Below are positions 35,733-45,477 of a stretch of 64,000 bases of DNA, in pieces. The notes beneath the pieces were generated by a model that worked only from the letters and a program-made list of their open reading frames with translations, was not told the origin of the DNA and searched no databases. This DNA comes from Patescibacteria group bacterium (GTDB taxonomy: Bacteria; Patescibacteriota; Patescibacteriia; UBA2196). How positions within the stretch are numbered: position 1 is the first letter of the stretch; each line of letters begins with the position of its first letter. The position numbers and the translations under genes were made by a program. The stretch spans positions 354 through 64,353 of the forward strand of contig JAQTPI010000001.1 of NCBI GenBank assembly GCA_028748975.1, given 5' to 3'.

Positions 35733-38700
35733 ATGAATGAAAAATTAAATCCTCAACAAAAAATAGCCGTAGAGCAGACGGAAGGCCCACTACTTATCGT
35801 CGCGGGCGCGGGGACCGGCAAAACCACGGTGATTACGGAAAAAATCGCCTATTTAATTATGGAAAAGAAAATCAAGGCCGACGAAGTTTTGGCCCTGACT
35901 TTCACGGACAAAGCCGCCGGAGAAATGGAAGAACGCGTGGACAAACTTCTGCCCTATGGCTATGTGGATTTGTGGGTGATGACTTTTCATTCTTTTTGCG
36001 AAAGAATTTTGCAAATCCACGGTCTGGACATCGGCCTCGCCAATGATTTCAAACTTTTGAACCAAACCGATCAGTGGCTTTTGGCCCGCGAAAATTTGGA
36101 CAAATTTAATTTGGATTATTATCGACCATTGGGCAACCCCACCAAATTCATTCACGCTTTGATCAAGCATTTTTCCCGCTGTAAAGATGAAGAAATTTGG
36201 CCGGGGGATTATTTGAAGTACGCGGAAAATTTGAAAATAAATTTGGATTCAATGGAGGCGAGCGGGGGAGTGGCATTAAAACATGAAAGCATTAAAACAT
36301 TAAAGCAAGACCCCCTCCCTCCGACTGCTGTCGTAGGACTCCCCCTTATCAAGGGGGAGAGCTTAAAAGCTCCCCTCCTTTATAAGCCTGCCTCGCCAAG
36401 TCAAGGCGGGGATGGGGTTGGGGGAGGTAATAAAGAAATAGATATTTCAGAAATTAGGCGCCTAGAAGAAGTGGCCAACGCCTACCACGTTTATCAAAAT
36501 TTACTGCTGGAATCCGGCAGTTTGGATTTCGGCGATCTAATAAATTATACTTTGAAACTTTTCCGCGAGCGGCCGAATATCTTGAAAAAATATCAGGAAC
36601 AATTCAAATATATTTTGGTGGATGAATTTCAGGACACCAATTTCGCGCAATATGAACTGGTAAAATTATTGTCGGCTGGGCACCAGAATTTGACCGTGGT
36701 CGGCGACGACGACCAGTCAATCTACAAATTCCGCGGCGCCAGCGTTTCCAACATTTTGCAGTTTAAGGAAGATTTTCCAGAGTCCAAAGAAATTTTTTTG
36801 AATCAAAATTATCGCTCCAGCCAGAATATTTTGGATCTGGCGTATAATTTTATTCAATTGAATAATCCGGAGAGGCTGGAGGTGAAACTAAGAAATCAGA
36901 AACTAGAAAACAGAAATCAGGAACTGACCAAAAAATTGATAGCGAATACGAATGAAATGGGGATTATTGAGCATCTACATTTTTCTTCCGAGACAGAGGA
37001 GGTAGCTGGCGTCATTAATAAAATTGTAGAATTATATAACACAGAAAGCCGAGGTAAAGAAAATACACAAGACCTGAAGGACGGAGATTCCCGATTTCCG
37101 ATTTCTGATTTCCGATTACCGTCGTCATGGAACGACTTTGCCATTTTAATCCGCGCCAATAATCAGGCGGAAGTTTTTATCAATGCCTTGCGCGGTGCCG
37201 GCATTCCCTATAATTTTGTGGCGTCAAAGGGCTTGTATTCCAAAGAAATAATTTTGGATATTTTTGCTTACTTGAAACTCTTGGACAATTATCATGAATC
37301 CTTGGCTTTGTGGCGCGTTTTAAACATGCCGATGGTCGGCATCAAAATTGAAGATTTGATGGAAATTACCAATTTTGCCAAACGCAAAGCAATTTCGCTT
37401 TTTGAAACCTGCGCGCAAATTAATTTATTCAATAATATACAGCCAGAAACCAAGCGCAAAGTGGAAAAAATTTTGAAATTAATTTCACTCCACACCAAAT
37501 TGGCCAAAGAAAAATCCATCAAAGCAGTCATTCTTAAATTTTTGGAAGATTTCAATTACAGCCAGTTTTTGCTGGCCAAAAACGATGAGTTGTCTTTTGC
37601 ATTTGTCAATCAGCTCATAAAAAAGATTGATGATTTCCAAAAGTCGTTTGCTGACAAGTCGCTGAAAAATTTCATGCGTTTGATTGAACTGGAAGTGGAA
37701 TCGGGCGAGGCCGGGAGCTTGAGCAAAGAATTGGAAGAAGGGCCGGAAGCGGTGAAAATTATGACCGTGCATTCGGCCAAGGGCTTGGAATTTAAATATG
37801 TTTTTATCGTCAATTTGGTGGATAAAAGATTTCCCTCTCTGGAGCGCTCCGAAACGATTGAAATTCCAGACGCCCTGGTCAAAGAAATTATTCCTTCCGG
37901 CGACATTCACCTGCAGGAAGAACGGCGCTTGTTTTATGTGGCCATGACGCGCGCCAAAACCGGCTTATTTTTCACTTCGGCGGAAAATTATGGCGGCGCG
38001 CGCAAGAAAAAATTGTCGCAGTTTTTGTATGAGACGGGTTTGTCATTAAAACATGAAAACATTAAAACATTAAAGCAAGAAGTAGATAATAAATTAACAA
38101 TTAACAACCAACAATTAGCAATAAACAAGGAACAAAAACCCTTATTACTTATTACTCATTACTCATTACCCGTTACTTTTTCCTTCTCCGCCCTTAAGGC
38201 CTATGAAACCTGTCCCTATCAATATCATCTGGGTTACGTTGTTAAAATCCCCACGCCCGGCCGCCCTAATTTCAGTTTTGGCAAAACCATGCACACCACT
38301 CTCCAAAGATTTTTTTCTTTGGCAAAAGAACGTGATAGTATAAAACAGAGTGATTTATTTGGTAAGCAGAAGTTAGAAGTCGGAAGTCGGGAGTTGGGAG
38401 TTAATTTGCCACCGCTAGAAGAATTATTAAAATTATATAAAGAATCTTGGATTGACGACTGGTATGATGATCAAAAACAAAAAGAAGAATATCGCGCGCG
38501 CGGCGAACAATCGCTTAAAAATTTATATGAACAATTAAAAGAAAATGGCGCGCCGCAAGTTTTCGCCTTGGAAAGAGATTTCAATTTAAAAATTGGCGGT
38601 TATACAATTAAAGGTAGAATTGATCGAGTTGATTTAATAAAAAGGCCAGATTCGCAAAATTCGCAGGAGATTAGCAATAATTCGCAAAACCAAACATCAC

Positions 38701-39023
38701 CGACGGTACGGGCGGTTGAGGTAATAGATTACAAAACAGGCACACCCAAGAGAGAGAAGTTTGTAGAAAAAGATCAGCTCTTAATTTACCAAATGGCGGG
38801 CGAAGAAGTTTTTGGCTGGCCGGTGGAAAAATTAACTTTTTATTATCTTGACAACAATTCCGCGGTTTCTTTTTTAGGTACCGCGGAAGACAAAGAAGAA
38901 CAAAAGGGAGAAATTTTGGAAACAATTGAAAAAATTAATAGTGGTGATTTTTCTGCCACGCCCAATCAATTCAAATGTAAATATTGCGACTTCGTGAGCA
39001 TTTGTAAATTTAGAGAAATATAA
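35733..39023 (+). CDS. UvrD/PcrA-type ATP-dependent DNA helicase fused to a C-terminal PD-(D/E)xK (Cas4/AddB-like) nuclease with Fe-S Cys cluster
   Basis: Walker A 'AGAGTGKT', 'YILVDEFQDTN', 'VGDDDQSIYKFRGA', and C-terminal 'CPYQYHLGY...FKCKYCDFVSICKF'. At least six in-frame repeat insertions (e.g. 36273-36432 and 38042-38130). Confidence 0.8.
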   Translation: MNEKLNPQQKIAVEQTEGPLLIVAGAGTGKTTVITEKIAYLIMEKKIKADEVLALTFTDKAAGEMEERVDKLLPYGYVDLWVMTFHSFCERILQIHGLDIGLANDFKLLNQTDQWLLARENLDKFNLDYYRPLGNPTKFIHALIKHFSRCKDEEIWPGDYLKYAENLKINLDSMEASGGVALKHESIKTLKQDPLPPTAVVGLPLIKGESLKAPLLYKPASPSQGGDGVGGGNKEIDISEIRRLEEVANAYHVYQNLLLESGSLDFGDLINYTLKLFRERPNILKKYQEQFKYILVDEFQDTNFAQYELVKLLSAGHQNLTVVGDDDQSIYKFRGASVSNILQFKEDFPESKEIFLNQNYRSSQNILDLAYNFIQLNNPERLEVKLRNQKLENRNQELTKKLIANTNEMGIIEHLHFSSETEEVAGVINKIVELYNTESRGKENTQDLKDGDSRFPISDFRLPSSWNDFAILIRANNQAEVFINALRGAGIPYNFVASKGLYSKEIILDIFAYLKLLDNYHESLALWRVLNMPMVGIKIEDLMEITNFAKRKAISLFETCAQINLFNNIQPETKRKVEKILKLISLHTKLAKEKSIKAVILKFLEDFNYSQFLLAKNDELSFAFVNQLIKKIDDFQKSFADKSLKNFMRLIELEVESGEAGSLSKELEEGPEAVKIMTVHSAKGLEFKYVFIVNLVDKRFPSLERSETIEIPDALVKEIIPSGDIHLQEERRLFYVAMTRAKTGLFFTSAENYGGARKKKLSQFLYETGLSLKHENIKTLKQEVDNKLTINNQQLAINKEQKPLLLITHYSLPVTFSFSALKAYETCPYQYHLGYVVKIPTPGRPNFSFGKTMHTTLQRFFSLAKERDSIKQSDLFGKQKLEVGSRELGVNLPPLEELLKLYKESWIDDWYDDQKQKEEYRARGEQSLKNLYEQLKENGAPQVFALERDFNLKIGGYTIKGRIDRVDLIKRPDSQNSQEISNNSQNQTSPTVRAVEVIDYKTGTPKREKFVEKDQLLIYQMAGEEVFGWPVEKLTFYYLDNNSAVSFLGTAEDKEEQKGEILETIEKINSGDFSATPNQFKCKYCDFVSICKFREI
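36273..36432 (+). repeat. ~160-nt composite repeat inserted in-frame in the helicase gene
   Basis: 'cattaaaacatgaaagcattaaaacattaaagcaag' plus 'ccccctccctccgactgctgtcg...cccccttatcaagggggag...cccctcctttataagcctgcctcgccaagtcaaggcggg'. Confidence 0.7.
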
Positions 39024-39030
39024 CAAAAGC

Positions 39031-39205
39031 TCCAATAACCAAGAAACAATTTCCAAATAAGTTCCAAATACCAAATTCCAAAAAATTATATTTTGAATTT
39101 TGGTTATTGAAATTTGTGGTTGTCCTTAGGACAACCATCCCGCAATTCTGCGGGATGCCAGCGAAGCTGGCATTTATTTGGAAATTGGAACTTGTATCTT
39201 GGAAA
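39031..39205. mobile_element. ~176-bp MITE-like element, copy 2 of 3
   Basis: Starts 8 bp after the helicase stop. The ORF-track 'MKFVVVLRTTIPQFCGMPAKLAFIWKLEL' N-terminus lies inside it and is rejected. Confidence 0.65.
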
Positions 39206-39214
39206 TTTATTTTT

Positions 39215-39511
39215 ATGTCATTCAGTGCAATTTCCTCCATCCTCAACAACACCGTGAAACAGCAAAAGGGTCTCTCTGCCCAAGTGACCGCTGCTTTGGC
39301 CTGCGAGGAATTTGATAAAATCGTGCGCCAGAAGTGGGGAGAAAAGGGCGCCAATAAAGTCAAAGCCCTGTATTTGAAAGATGGGGTTTTAACCATCGCT
39401 TCGCTTTCCTCGGTCATGGCGCAGGAAATAAAATTGAATGAAAGAGAAATTTTAGCGGAACTAAAAACAAAATTTGGCGGAGCAGTGGAGAGGATAAGGT
39501 ACGTGATCTAG
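39215..39511 (+). CDS. DUF721-like protein
   Basis: 'KALYLKDGVLTIASLSSVMAQEIKLNEREILAELKTKFGGAVERIRY' fits the DUF721 C-terminal pattern. Confidence 0.45.
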   Translation: MSFSAISSILNNTVKQQKGLSAQVTAALACEEFDKIVRQKWGEKGANKVKALYLKDGVLTIASLSSVMAQEIKLNEREILAELKTKFGGAVERIRYVI

Positions 39512-39588
39512 GTTTATAATGGGGTGTCATCCTGACCCCGCAAATGCGGGGGAAGGATCTCGTGGAGATATAAAAACATAAAAATATT

Positions 39589-39628
39589 TTGTTCAACGTA
39601 TACGACGATCGTCGTATTTATTGAACAA
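39589..39628. promoter_or_regulatory. 40-bp near-perfect palindrome centred on CGATCG
   Basis: 'ttgttcaacgtatacgacgaTCgtcgtatttattgaacaa'. A perfect copy is at 63457..63496. Confidence 0.5.
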
Positions 39629-39725
39629 ATAAAATTATAGTTTTTGGATTTTTGAAGAATAAAAAATCCCCGACGGAAGTGTCCGCTGGGGATTTTTGTT
39701 TTTTTCAACAATTAAATTGAAAAAC

Positions 39726-40145
39726 TTATCTTATTAGGCAGCGTTTTTTCAGGCCGTCAACATAGGCCTTGGCCAGTGTTGGATTGGTCATTTCGCTCAA
39801 AAGCTTTTCAAAAAATTTTATTTTTGGTTCCGGTTCGGTTTCGATAATCCTTAATAATCCTTGTGCTATAGTTTTGCAAGATTCCGTTAATGGGATACTG
39901 TCAGTCGCCACGTGTATTATGTTGCCCGTTTTTTTCTCCGCACCCAAAAAGACAAAATGAGGTGCCACCAAGTCATAGTTTTTTTTAACAAAAACAACCA
40001 TAGAATCTTCTTCCGCCGGATTGAGAGCCAATAGACTACCGTTAAATTCAAACGTTATAGCTGTGTCTTTGGGTTGGTTTTGCGGGTAAGAATGGGGGAC
40101 CAGCAAGGTAAAAATCACACCAATCAGACAAAACACACGCTTCAT
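39726..40145 (-). CDS. secreted hypothetical protein
   Basis: RBS 'aggagg'. Signal peptide MKRVFCLIGVIFTLLVPHSYP. Confidence 0.5.
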   Translation of the reverse strand: MKRVFCLIGVIFTLLVPHSYPQNQPKDTAITFEFNGSLLALNPAEEDSMVVFVKKNYDLVAPHFVFLGAEKKTGNIIHVATDSIPLTESCKTIAQGLLRIIETEPEPKIKFFEKLLSEMTNPTLAKAYVDGLKKRCLIR

Positions 40146-40236
40146 TTTTTTGCCTCCTACTTTAAGTTGTAAATCGGGATTGAAAAAACACTAAAATTGT
40201 GTCCTTTTACATCTTACACTATCTTTTGGTTTGTGT

Positions 40237-40277
40237 CAAATCTTAATTTGCGGCCTTTGGCTGGAATTGCTATAATT
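40237..40277 (+). promoter_or_regulatory. sigma70-like promoter TTGCGG-17-TATAAT
   Basis: 'TTGCGGcctttggctggaattgcTATAAT'. Confidence 0.45.
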
Positions 40278-40281
40278 AAAG

Positions 40282-40686
40282 GTGGAAAAAGCTATATTTA
40301 TGACCCTTGGCAAATACCTGTTTTTAATGACCATTGCCACCGTTCTTTGCTTGGGGGCGCTTGCCCTTGTGGTGTTTTTTGTTGACCCGGAAACCTCCGG
40401 CACTCTCGGCGTTTTCATTTTTTTTGCCGCCGCCTTTTTTGCCGCCGCCGGCCTGGCTTCCCTTATCGGATTTTTTCTGCGCTATTTTTTTCAAAAGCAC
40501 GAATTTGCTTTTATTCAGGTCAAAGATTCTTTTCGCCAGGCGCTTTGGCTGGCCATTCTGATTGTGGTGGCCCTTTTTCTTTCCAGCCAGGGGCTGGCGC
40601 GCTGGTGGAACCTTCTGATTTTGGTTTTGATTTTGGCGGCGCTGGAAATGTTTTGGGTGTCCATGAATAAAAATAATAATAATTAA
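40282..40686 (+). CDS. membrane protein, hypothetical
   Basis: Three or four TM helices. GTG start at 40282, or ATG at 40300. Confidence 0.5.
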   Translation: MEKAIFMTLGKYLFLMTIATVLCLGALALVVFFVDPETSGTLGVFIFFAAAFFAAAGLASLIGFFLRYFFQKHEFAFIQVKDSFRQALWLAILIVVALFLSSQGLARWWNLLILVLILAALEMFWVSMNKNNNN

Positions 40687-40695
40687 AATAATTTT

Positions 40696-41055
40696 ATGAA
40701 AACAACAATAGAATTAAAATCAATGGAAAAAGAATTCATGCCGCTGGAAATAAAGATTCAAAAAGTTGATGATAGTGTTTGTATTTTTTTTGATTCGCTA
40801 GAAGACGAATTAGCCCAGGCCTATAACACGGCAATAGAAAAAGTGCTGGAAAAAAAATTGAGCGGACAAAGCCCTCTGATTACCGTGGAACACGACAATA
40901 ATCTGGGTGCTAATAAATACGGCCGGCATGCTTGGAGAATAAACGGTTTGGATGTTGGAATTTTATTGCAGGACAAAAATCTTTTGAAAAACATAAAAGA
41001 AACAGCGGCGAAAGAATACGCGGGGAATAAAATATTCTTACAGACTGCCGCGTAG
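40696..41055 (+). CDS. hypothetical protein
   Basis: Immediately downstream of the membrane protein. No family recognised. Confidence 0.4.
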   Translation: MKTTIELKSMEKEFMPLEIKIQKVDDSVCIFFDSLEDELAQAYNTAIEKVLEKKLSGQSPLITVEHDNNLGANKYGRHAWRINGLDVGILLQDKNLLKNIKETAAKEYAGNKIFLQTAA

Positions 41056-41200
41056 TTTCCGCGCCTACCTGCCTCGCCGGCCCGCTTCGACGCGAGGCGA
41101 GTAGGCGGGTCGGCGAAACAAACAACCACCCCCAGCCGATTACTATCGGCTGACCCCTCCTTCGAAAGGAGGGGATAGCGACGCAGTGTCCCCCTTGTTA
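41056..41200. repeat. cluster of palindromic repeat modules
   Basis: 'gcctcgccggcccgcttcgacgcgaggcgagtaggcgggtcggcg', 'cagccgattactatcggctg' and 'cccctccttcgaaaggagggg'. Followed by 'ttactttattactttgttattttattac'. Confidence 0.7.
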
Positions 41201-41231
41201 CTTTATTACTTTGTTATTTTATTACTAACCT

Positions 41232-42296
41232 ATGCAAAAAAAACTTGACCAACTCAAAGGCGAATTTTTGGAAAAGTTGAATTTAACTAAAACCGAAAGA
41301 GATTTGGAAAAAATCTATATGGACTATTTTGGCCGCAAAGGAAAATTGACGGAAGTTTTTAAGGATGTTAAAAATGTGGCCGTGGAAGAAAAGCCAATTA
41401 TCGGGAAAATTATTAATGATATCAAAATTGAAGCAGAGAAAGTTTATAGTGAAATGAAAGAGACACTAACTAACAATAAACAACAAACAATAAACAATAA
41501 ACAACTTTTTGATCCAACGGTGCCGGGAACACTGCGTGAAGTTGGTTCTTTGCATCCGACCACGATTATTAAAAATGAATTGAATGACGCGTTTCGCCAG
41601 ATGGGTTTTGAAATTTATGATCCGGCAGAAGAAATTACGAGTGAGGGTTATGCTTTTGACAGCATGAATTTTCCACCTGACCATCCGGCGCGCGAATCAA
41701 TGGATACGTTTTGGATAAAACAACAAACAACAAACAACAAACAACAAACAACCAACGGATTTGAGAGATTATGCTTAAGACCACACTTAACGGGAGCAAG
41801 CGTGCGTTTTATGCAAACGCACCAGCCGCCGTTTCGGTTTGTTTATCCGGGCCGGGTTTTCCGAAGTGAAGCCACGGACGCCGGACATGAAGCGACTTTT
41901 TATCAATATGAAGCTTTAATTGTGGATGATAAAATCTCTTTTTCCGCCGGAAAAATTTTAGTCAAAGCGATTTTGGAGAGGGTTTTTGGTAAGGAAATTA
42001 AAATCCGCATGCGCGCGGGATTTTTTCCTTTTGTGGAACCGGGTTTTGAAATTGATATGGAATGCCAGGTTTGTGGAGGGAAAGGATGCTCGGTTTGCAA
42101 ACACAAGGGCTGGGTGGAAATTATGCCGGGCGGCGCACCGCATCCGAATGTTTTGAAAGCGGGAGGATTAGATCCGAAAAAATGGCAGGGGTTTTATATC
42201 AATGTCGGTTTGGACCGACTCGCGATGATGAAATTTGGCATTGACGACATTCGTCTGATGCATTCCGGCGATTTGAGATTTTTGAAACAGTTTTAA
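41232..42296 (+). CDS. pheS: phenylalanyl-tRNA synthetase alpha subunit
   Basis: 'FPPDHPARESMDTFWI' and 'GWVEIMPGG'. Two in-frame A/C-rich repeat insertions (41467-41506 and 41718-41757). Confidence 0.9.
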   Translation: MQKKLDQLKGEFLEKLNLTKTERDLEKIYMDYFGRKGKLTEVFKDVKNVAVEEKPIIGKIINDIKIEAEKVYSEMKETLTNNKQQTINNKQLFDPTVPGTLREVGSLHPTTIIKNELNDAFRQMGFEIYDPAEEITSEGYAFDSMNFPPDHPARESMDTFWIKQQTTNNKQQTTNGFERLCLRPHLTGASVRFMQTHQPPFRFVYPGRVFRSEATDAGHEATFYQYEALIVDDKISFSAGKILVKAILERVFGKEIKIRMRAGFFPFVEPGFEIDMECQVCGGKGCSVCKHKGWVEIMPGGAPHPNVLKAGGLDPKKWQGFYINVGLDRLAMMKFGIDDIRLMHSGDLRFLKQF

Positions 42297-42299
42297 AAT

Positions 42300-42824
42300 A
42301 TGGAAAATAAAGTTAACAATTTTGCCTACATTGACGGCGCGAATTTGCACAAGGGTGTTAAAGAGCTCGGTTGGAGTTTGGATTACCGCCGTTTTCGGAT
42401 TTGGCTTAAAGAAAAATATCAAATTGAAAGGGCGTACATTTTTATCGGTTTGATTCCGAGCAATAAAAATTTATACACTTTTTTGCAGGAAGCCGGTTTT
42501 ACTTTAATTTTTAAAGAAACAAGCTATGATGGTATAGGAAAAGTAAAAGGAAATTGCGACGCTGATTTGGTTTTGAAAGCAGTCGTGGATTATTATGAAA
42601 AGCAATTTAACAAAGCAGTGATTGTCGCGAGCGACGGCGATTATGCCGGACTGGTGAATTTTTTCAAAGAGAAAGGCGTTTTAATCTCGCTTATTTCTCC
42701 CAGCGATAAATGCTCTTTTTTAATAAGAAAGCTTAATATTTCTTTGCTTTATTTAAGCACGCAATTTAACAAATTAAGATATATCATAAATAAAAAAGCC
42801 CCCGATGGAGACGAAACTCCATAA
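42300..42824 (+). CDS. NYN-domain (LabA-like, PIN-fold) protein
   Basis: 'AYIDGANLHKG', 'RAYIFIG', 'GNCDADLVL' and 'IVASDGDYAGLV'. Confidence 0.65.
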   Translation: MENKVNNFAYIDGANLHKGVKELGWSLDYRRFRIWLKEKYQIERAYIFIGLIPSNKNLYTFLQEAGFTLIFKETSYDGIGKVKGNCDADLVLKAVVDYYEKQFNKAVIVASDGDYAGLVNFFKEKGVLISLISPSDKCSFLIRKLNISLLYLSTQFNKLRYIINKKAPDGDETP

Positions 42825-43011
42825 GGGTCTTTTTCATGGTGATCAACTCTATTGTAGCATAGTCCATAAAATCTTGTCAAATTGAGTTATCCACATGCCC
42901 GTTTGTCATTCCGACCGGCCTCTATGGCCGTTAGGAGTGGAGGAATCCCTTCGCGGAAAAAAATTAAAAAATAATTTGTCATTCCCGCGCAGGCGTGAAT
43001 CAAGAAAAATT

Positions 43012-43266
43012 ATGAGGAAAATTATTACGCCAATATTTTTGATCCTTTTGATTTTTACTTTGACCAGCTGTTCAAGTAATGTTTTTAACAAACTTTTCAG
43101 CTCCGAGCCAAAAGATCTTAAAACATGCGAAGAGATTAATAATTCTAAACAAAGAGATAATTGTTATAGTCAAGTCGCCAGTCAATTAAAAGACCGTTCT
43201 ATTTGTAAAAAAATTAAAGATGACCACATTAAAACCGTTTGTTTTGAAAATTTTAATTTATTCTAA
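43012..43266 (+). CDS. small lipoprotein, hypothetical
   Basis: Signal peptide plus lipobox 'FTLTSC'. Cys-rich. Confidence 0.5.
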   Translation: MRKIITPIFLILLIFTLTSCSSNVFNKLFSSEPKDLKTCEEINNSKQRDNCYSQVASQLKDRSICKKIKDDHIKTVCFENFNLF

Positions 43267-43277
43267 TCTTAAAATTT

Positions 43278-44126
43278 ATGGCCAACCAAGCAATCTTGCC
43301 AAATCAACAGTCGCAAATTCAAAAACCAAAAAAGAGACATGGTAAGGGGTTTATCATTACTTTTGTTTTGCTAGTAGTATTAGTATCGGGTTGGGCTGGA
43401 TTAACAAAGGCCGGATATATTCCTAATTATTTTGGTATTGATTTACTATGTTCAAAAAAAGATAATCCATATAATATTCCAAATGATACTCCAACGCCAA
43501 ACGAAGATTGTAAAAAGTGTATAGATGCCGACGGCAACTTTAATGAAAAAACATGTCCGTCATTTTGTATACTTGATTACAAACCAGTTATTTATCTTTA
43601 CCCACCCCAAAAACAACAGGTTAATGTAAAAATCAATTATGCTGGTAATTTTGTCGTTACTTATCCGGAATATAATAATGGCTGGAATGTTACAGCCTAT
43701 CCCGATGGGAAAATTATAAGTTTAGCTGATAATAAGGAATATAGTTATCTTTTTTGGGAAGGTAATCCTAATAATGTGAATTATGATTTATCTTCTGGTT
43801 TTGTTGTGGAGGGAAAAAATACAATTGATTTTTTACAAGCCAAACTTAAAGATTTGGGACTTACAGCAAAAGAATACAATGAATTTATTGTTTATTGGTA
43901 TCCGCAAATGATGAATAATAAATATAATTTGATTCATTTTGCCACCAAAGAAGAATATAATGATCGAGCGATTTTAAATATCACACCGAAACCCGATTCC
44001 ATGCTCAGGGTGTTTATGGTCTTTAAAAAATTGGATGAAAAAATTGAAACTAATCCGCAAGAAATCATGTCTTTTGAAAGAAAGGGATTTACGGTGGTGG
44101 AGTGGGGTGGAACAGAAATTAAATAA
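43278..44126 (+). CDS. membrane-anchored hypothetical protein
   Basis: N-terminal TM helix. No family recognised. Confidence 0.45.
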   Translation: MANQAILPNQQSQIQKPKKRHGKGFIITFVLLVVLVSGWAGLTKAGYIPNYFGIDLLCSKKDNPYNIPNDTPTPNEDCKKCIDADGNFNEKTCPSFCILDYKPVIYLYPPQKQQVNVKINYAGNFVVTYPEYNNGWNVTAYPDGKIISLADNKEYSYLFWEGNPNNVNYDLSSGFVVEGKNTIDFLQAKLKDLGLTAKEYNEFIVYWYPQMMNNKYNLIHFATKEEYNDRAILNITPKPDSMLRVFMVFKKLDEKIETNPQEIMSFERKGFTVVEWGGTEIK

Positions 44127-44139
44127 ATTAAAAATTAAA

Positions 44140-44235
44140 TTTCTGGATTCCCGCTTTCGTGGGAATGACACGACTATCGACGACCTCGCCCCGACCCTCT
44201 CCTTGTAAAGGAGAGGGGGACGAACCTTTTCCCTT
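44140..44235. repeat. repeat modules including 'gacgacctcgccccgaccctctccttgtaaaggagagggggacga'
   Basis: The same module is at 49465-49525. Both are followed by 'ttattac' tandem repeats preceding a start codon. Confidence 0.7.
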
Positions 44236-44279
44236 ATTACTTTATTGCTTTATTACTCTATTACTTTATTACCGAGCTT

Positions 44280-45353
44280 ATGTCCATCGCAAAAATTTTC
44301 ATTCTAACATTTCTCGCCTTTGTGGGCGCGTTTTGGTGGGCGCCGATTTTGGCGCGGAAACTAACGAAGTGGCAGTTGTGGAAAGAACCGCGCAAATACA
44401 CTTCCGACGGACATTTGATTGTCACTTTGAAACAAATTGAAAAAGACCACATCGTCAAAACTCCGCGCGGCGGAGGACTGATTATCTGGGTGACCATCGC
44501 GGTTTTGGCGCTGGTAATCTTTTTAATTAATAAAATTTTTAATGGCGCTTTGGACAGTTTAAGCTTTCTGTCCCGCAACGAAACCTGGCTGCCGATTTTT
44601 ACTTTGGTCGTGGCCGGCTTAATCGGTTTAATTGATGACATTTTAACAGCCAAAGGCACAGGCAAATATTTTGCCGGCGGCATGGGCCTGACGCGCCGGA
44701 TTATCATTGTGGCGGGCATCGCTCTCGTCGGCGCGCTCTGGTTCCATTTCAAACTTGGCTGGGACACAATTCATGTGCCGTTTTTTGGCGATTTCTATAT
44801 TAATGGTTTTTACATTCCTCTTTTCATCATTTCCATGGTCGCGGTTTTTTCTTCCGGCGTGATTGACGGCATTGACGGGCTTTCGGGCGGAGTTTTCGCG
44901 GCGCTTTTCATGACTTTTGGCGTGATTGCTTTCATGCGCGGACAAGTTAATTTAGCTGCTTTTTGCGCCATGGTAGCCGGGACTTTGGCCGTGTTTCTGT
45001 GGTTCAACGCTCCGCCGGCCAGATTCTATGTCGGGGAAACAGGCATCATCGCTTTGACCACGACTTTGACCGTGATTGCTTTTTTAACCAACACCGTTTT
45101 GCTTTTGCCCTTGGCCGGAATTGTGCTCGTGGCCACGACTGGTTCGGATATTATTCAATTACTTTATCGCCAGCATGGAATTAAAAAGGGCTGGTCGCTT
45201 GAAAAAAGAAAATTTTTCAAAGCCGCACCCCTGCATCATCATTTTCAACTGAAAGGCATGAAAAGCGAAACGGTGGTGATGCGCTATTGGATTGTCACCG
45301 GCATTGCCTGCATCGCCTCGCTGATGATTTATTTGTTGGATAAAGGACTATAA
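44280..45353 (+). CDS. mraY: phospho-N-acetylmuramoyl-pentapeptide transferase
   Basis: 'GLIDDIL', 'VIDGIDGLSGG' and the MraY-specific 'PLHHHFQLKG'. Confidence 0.65.
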   Translation: MSIAKIFILTFLAFVGAFWWAPILARKLTKWQLWKEPRKYTSDGHLIVTLKQIEKDHIVKTPRGGGLIIWVTIAVLALVIFLINKIFNGALDSLSFLSRNETWLPIFTLVVAGLIGLIDDILTAKGTGKYFAGGMGLTRRIIIVAGIALVGALWFHFKLGWDTIHVPFFGDFYINGFYIPLFIISMVAVFSSGVIDGIDGLSGGVFAALFMTFGVIAFMRGQVNLAAFCAMVAGTLAVFLWFNAPPARFYVGETGIIALTTTLTVIAFLTNTVLLLPLAGIVLVATTGSDIIQLLYRQHGIKKGWSLEKRKFFKAAPLHHHFQLKGMKSETVVMRYWIVTGIACIASLMIYLLDKGL

Positions 45354-45477
45354 TTCACGAATGCCTCGCGAATGCTCTCACTAATTTTCACAAATAAACT
45401 AACCTGTCATCCCGGGCTTGACCCGGGATCCAGAAAACAACTCCTAGATTCCGGCTCACGGGCCGGAATGACACAAA

